A stretch of DNA of 56,515 nt from Octopus bimaculoides (lineage: Eukaryota): assembly GCF_001194135.2 (NCBI RefSeq), contig NC_068982.1, forward strand, positions 162,907,316-162,963,830. Reading direction: 5' to 3'. Shown piece by piece: positions 52,021-56,515 of this stretch (positions are counted from its first letter, which is position 1; every line of letters begins with the position of its first letter). A program made the translations under genes and the position numbers. Under the pieces are notes generated by a model. The model worked only from the letters and a program-made list of their open reading frames with translations, did no database searches and had not been told where the DNA came from.

Positions 52021-53607
52021 ATACTAGCTGATGTACACGGGAAAGCGGAGCTTATCCCTTGGTTCTGTTCTCATAATTGTTTCACTAATCCAGTAACACC
52101 ACTACAAAGTATGTAGGCCTTAAAACGCTTTTTATGCATCTATTGAGAATACCAACCTCTCGAAAAATGCTTTTATGCTTTCCCAGAGAATATTAACCTC
52201 AGCGGTGCTAGTGTTGGTATATTAGCGAATAACTCGCCTACTGAGATAAGTGGATGTATTGTTGACGAAAAGACTATTTACTTGTTTAAGCGTTGTACTG
52301 GATAAATTGCAATAATAACAGAAATAGTTCAAATACTAAGAAATAAGCATACTTAATTTGATTTATATGAAATGATTTAGGAACATGAATGGGTTTTTTC
52401 CCTTGGCTATATGTAAGGATCCTTTTTAGGAGCAAATGGGTTATTACCCTTGTATGTTTAAAAATATATTAGTTATATGTAGTAGATATAAGAATCCCTT
52501 CCAGGGGCCCCATAATTGATTTTTTTTTTTTTTTAACAATCTAAGTATGTCGTGAGTTCTACTCATATGTCAGTCGATAAAACGATGTAGGGGTTAGATA
52601 ACAACGCCACAAACACATATATGTGTGTATATATATGCATGTATGTATATATCATCACCATCATCATCGTTTAACATCCGCTTTCCTATATATTTGTATG
52701 TATATATGTGCATTTATATTTGTGTATATGTATGTGTAGATGTGTATATATATATGTATGTATGTATATATATATGTATGTATGTATATATGTATGTATA
52801 CATATACATATATGTGTTTATACATATATGTATGTATACATATANNNNNNNNNNNNNNNNNNNNNNNNNNNNNNNNNNNNNNNNNNNNNNNNNNNNNNNN
52901 NNNNNNNNNNNNNNNNNNNNNNNNNNNNNNNNNNNNNNNNNNNNNNNNNNNNNNNNNNNNNNNNNNNNNNNNNNNNNNNNNNNNNNNNNNNNNNNNNNNN
53001 NNNNNNNNNNNNNNNNNNNNNNNNNNNNNNNNNNNNNNNNNNNNNNNNNNNNNNNNNNNNNNNNNNNNNNNNNNNNNNNNNNNNNNNNNNNNNNNNNNNN
53101 NNNNNNNNNNNNNNNNNNNNNNNNNNNNNNNNNNNNNNNNNNNNNNNNNNNNNNNNNNNNNNNNNNNNNNNNNNNNNNNNNNNNNNNNNNNNNNNNNNNN
53201 NNNNNNNNNNNNNNNNNNNNNNNNNNNNNNNNNNNNNNNNNNNNNNNNNNNNNNNNNNNNNNNNNNNNNNNNNNNNNNNNNNNNNNNNNNNNNNNNNNNN
53301 NNNNNNNNNNNNNNNNNNNNNNNNNNNNNNNNNNNNNNNNNNNNNNNNNNNNNNNNNNNNNNNNNNNNNNNNNNNNNNNNNNNNNNNNNNNNNNNNNNNN
53401 NNNNNNNNNNNNNNNNNNNNNNNNNNNNNNNNNNNNNNNNNNNNNNNNNNNNNNNNNNNNNNNNNNNNNNNNNNNNNNNNNNNNNNNNNNNNNNNNNNNN
53501 NNNNNNNNNNNNNNNNNNNNNNNNNNNNNNNNNNNNNNNNNNNNNNNNNNNNNNNNNNNNNNNNNNNNNNNNNNNNNNNNNNNNNNNNNNNNNNNNNNNN
53601 NNNNNNN

Positions 53608-53848
53608 GCGGGTGGCACATAAAAGACACCATTTCGAGCGTGGCCGTTTTCGTGCGGGTGACACGTAAAAGCACCCACTACACTCTCTGAGTGGTTGGCG
53701 TTAGGAAGGGCATCCAGCTGTAGAAACTCTGCCAAATCAGACTGGAGCCTGGTGTTGCCATCCGGTTTCACCAGTCCTCAGTCAAATCGTCCAACCCATG
53801 CTAGCATGGAAAGCGGACGTTAAACGATGATGATGATGATGATGATGA
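53608..53848 (+). mobile_element. Young RTE LINE 3' UTR copy emerging from a gap
   Basis: Near-identical to 10748-11026; long (GAT)n tail. Confidence 0.9.
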
Positions 53849-54119
53849 TATATGTGTATGTACATGTATATATGTTTACATTCACACAGAATAAGAAGTC
53901 AATTGTAGCATGACTAATTAGTGCTTCAACAGTGCTTCAGTAATATACAATTGTGAAAGAGAGAAACAAATTGCAACTCTTGGCATTCATAATTTTTCAA
54001 TCCATTTCAAATTCTCGAAATTCTCCACGATATACATAGATGCATTGATATACATAAGACATGGTAAATATTTAGTAATATGTAAATGTAAGAATATTTA
54101 TTAAGTTATAAAAATTTAT

Positions 54120-54688
54120 GGATCTTTTTTAAAACGGGGGCCACATTTTTCATTAGTGTTTTACGTAGTGTTTTTGGTACGGAAAGACTTTCAAACTTCG
54201 TATACTTATCTATTTTGTGTTATAGAACAGAAAAATATTTTTGTATTCGAATTTATTTCATGTAAAAAATTGTCTTATTTCGATAATTTCAACCAATCAC
54301 TGACAAGTATTCAGTTGTTTACATTTACTCCTTTGGCTCATTAAGCGATGTAAAGCGTATTTAATCTCCATACCTTCGTTTTATTTGCTTTTTTCATTTT
54401 AAATTTGCTTTAACCCTAACCCTAACCCTAACCCTAAGGTTAGGGTTAATTGTTTCAGAATCGTTTGTTTATGTAGTCGGCACTTAATGTATATCGGCTG
54501 AATGGACGTCAGTGATTGGTTGAAATTACAGAAATACGACAACTTTAACATGGAATAATTTATGGATTTCTTTTTTTTTTTAAGAAGACTAAGAGAAAAA
54601 GATGTTTTATATGACACATTCTACTAGTGTTCCAAGTTTCAAAGTGTTTCGTTAATGAAAAATGTGGCCCCCGTTTTAAAAAAGATCC
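54120..54688. mobile_element. MITE with perfect 36-bp TIRs (GGATC...), 8-bp TSD AAATTTAT (Merlin-like) and internal telomeric repeats
   Basis: TIRs at 54120-54155 and 54653-54688; TSD at 54112-54119 and 54689-54696; inner 20-bp inverted repeat at 54285-54304 and 54508-54527. Confidence 0.9.
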
Positions 54689-55039
54689 AAATTTATAGAC
54701 ATAAACTCATTACTATAAATACGCAGATGTACTTGTTAGGTTGAATGTCCCTATGAGAATCAATGAGGTGTGTAGATAAGATAGTATGAAATAATTAAAG
54801 TGGACTTTTGAAAAAGTGCAAGGTGTGACAACCTTTTCGGGAAGATATAGGTTGGCATTGGCGAGCTAACTCCAACCATAGCAGTTATCTATACTTCTAT
54901 CATCAGAGTTTTAAAATTTTTTAATTTTGAGAGACATGAAAGATTTGAGAAGTTTTAAATACAAGTGCTTTGTTGGACCATACAATGTAAAGAAAGGGAT
55001 TGTTGTGCTTAAAACATCGAGCATTGAATATAAGTAGCG

Positions 55040-55715
55040 ATTGTGATACCACGAAGAAATGATCAAGCTCAGTATCAATCTATTAAGCAACTATCCCAAA
55101 AGTATACTCTCCACTCCAATTAGGAAGAAAAGAGAGGATAAAACTGATAAACCGTCCACAGTCTGTCTACCCTATGTGAAAAACCTCTCCAAATAGATAC
55201 AAAAGGTATGCAGTCCGTATGACATCAGGACAGTAGTCAAAAGTTATACAACACTTCACAAATATCTTTCGAGTAAAACCACCAATAGAAGGGAATATGA
55301 CCAAAAACTGCATGTGCTACATCCCATGCAGCTGTGGTAGGTTATACAAAGGCGAAACATGTGTCTCCCCCCCCCCTCGAAATAAGGGTAGAGTTGCATC
55401 GCAGAGCTGTGACACAGGGAGATATTGATGAATCAGGTATAGCTGATNNNNNNNNNNTTGCATCGCAGAGCTGTGACACAGGGAGATATTGATGAATCAG
55501 GTATAGCTGATAATGTATGGAAAAATGGAGACCACCTCCCCCTGTGGGATGAAGTTAAAATAGTAGACAGAGAACACTACTGGAAAATACGAAAACTAAA
55601 AGAAACAGCACATATGCTAGGACACAACAACCTCCTAAGCAGGCCGAGTGCAGATATGAGCAGCAAATGGGAACCGGTATTAAGGAGAAGGATAAAAAAA
55701 ATATTAGATTTATAA
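55040..55715 (+). mobile_element. Penelope-like element, GIY-YIG endonuclease C-terminal fragment (pseudogenised)
   Basis: VCLPYVKNLS...CYIPCSCGRLYKGETC...HRRAV...SGIADNVW...REHYWKIRKLKE matches the PLE GIY-YIG pattern. Confidence 0.85.
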
Positions 55716-55740
55716 GCCCTAAAGTTCACTCCATAATTGC

Positions 55741-55990
55741 CCACGAGCATGTGGCGTGGTGGTTAAGGGTGCAGGCTACTAACCCCAAGATTCCAAGTTA
55801 GATTCCAAGCAGTGACCTGAATATAATTATAATGATAATATCGAAAAATGCCTTAGGAATGAGAACCCAGGTTCAAAATTTCCCCAAGACATCTGAAAAG
55901 GGCTGGGGGCTATATCAGCCGAAATGTGTTAACAACAAAAAAGTTGAGGACAAGTATTGGTTGAATGTAAATAATGTGCATAATTCCTCA
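55741..55990 (+). mobile_element. tRNA-like (Ser-like) segment followed by a degenerate hammerhead-like motif; PLE pseudo-LTR or PLE-dependent SINE
   Basis: A box TGGCGTGGTGG, CT-ACT-AA loop, B-box-like GTTAGATTCC; then CTGAAAA-G-GGCTG...CAGCC-GAAA at 55893-55924. Confidence 0.6.
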
Positions 55991-56515
55991 TCTCTTAAAT
56001 ATAGAACTGAACTCTGCATGTTGTTTAGCTTTGTGTGCTGGTAGCATAGGGCCTGGATTCTTCCTGCATGTTGTTGTCCTCAGCCTACCTGTATATATAT
56101 ATATATAAGCTGTAATTTTTGTATAATTATGTATCGTTAATATAACAATACATAAAGACAGGCTAGAGTTGAAGTGCTCAGCATGAGCTATAATTCATCT
56201 TATAGTAAAAATAGATACATAAGGGTGGAAAACCACAGGAACAATACCATATGTCCAACGCAAGATATATTATGTGTTCAATTCCTTCAAGAATCAATAA
56301 ATAAATTTATAGTTTTCAGTCTCTAAAGTGTCCAAAAGGTACGGTAAAAAGACAGGCAAATACAACAATATAAACTTTGGAAATATCATGAATGTTCAAA
56401 ATATTTATAAACATGCATAATTTCCAAATTGTATAAAAATATAACAATTTAAGTTAAAATATTACGATATATAAACGTACATTATGATATAACATATAAT
56501 GGGTAAATATATACG

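Noticed and set aside
54410-54449. True telomere or chromosome-fusion scar
   Set aside because: Only about five repeats, lying inside a TIR- and TSD-bounded element.
55396-55510. Direct duplication of about 52 bp around a 10-N gap
   Set aside because: Identical sequence on both sides of a minimal gap is a typical unmerged contig overlap.

Overview
AT-rich, microsatellite-rich eukaryotic scaffold with about 14 N-gaps. The repeat families look like those of an octopod cephalopod (Octopus); this is recognition from memory, not a database hit. The left part holds a minus-strand WDR5 gene: 10 coding exons (1607-15526) that splice in frame to 263 aa, with the last exons beyond the left edge and a non-coding first exon somewhere upstream. 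From about 31 kb there is probably a divergently oriented plus-strand gene, seen only as exon-like blocks (best: 42292-42349); I cannot name it. The rest is mobile DNA: many fragments of one RTE-clade LINE, a tRNA-derived CORE-like SINE, piggyBac-like TTAA MITEs, a mariner foldback derivative, two GG-ended elements with 8-bp TSDs, and a Penelope-like GIY-YIG fragment. Best leads: (1) a complete C4HC3 PHD-type zinc finger inserted inside the LINE reverse transcriptase; (2) a tRNA-like head plus a degenerate hammerhead ribozyme directly behind the Penelope ORF; (3) LINE ends repeatedly abutting (TA)n microsatellites, and a twin-priming-like inversion; (4) a MITE with head-to-head telomeric repeats; (5) several long foldbacks in WDR5 introns. 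Most long ORFs in the supplied track are gap or microsatellite artefacts.
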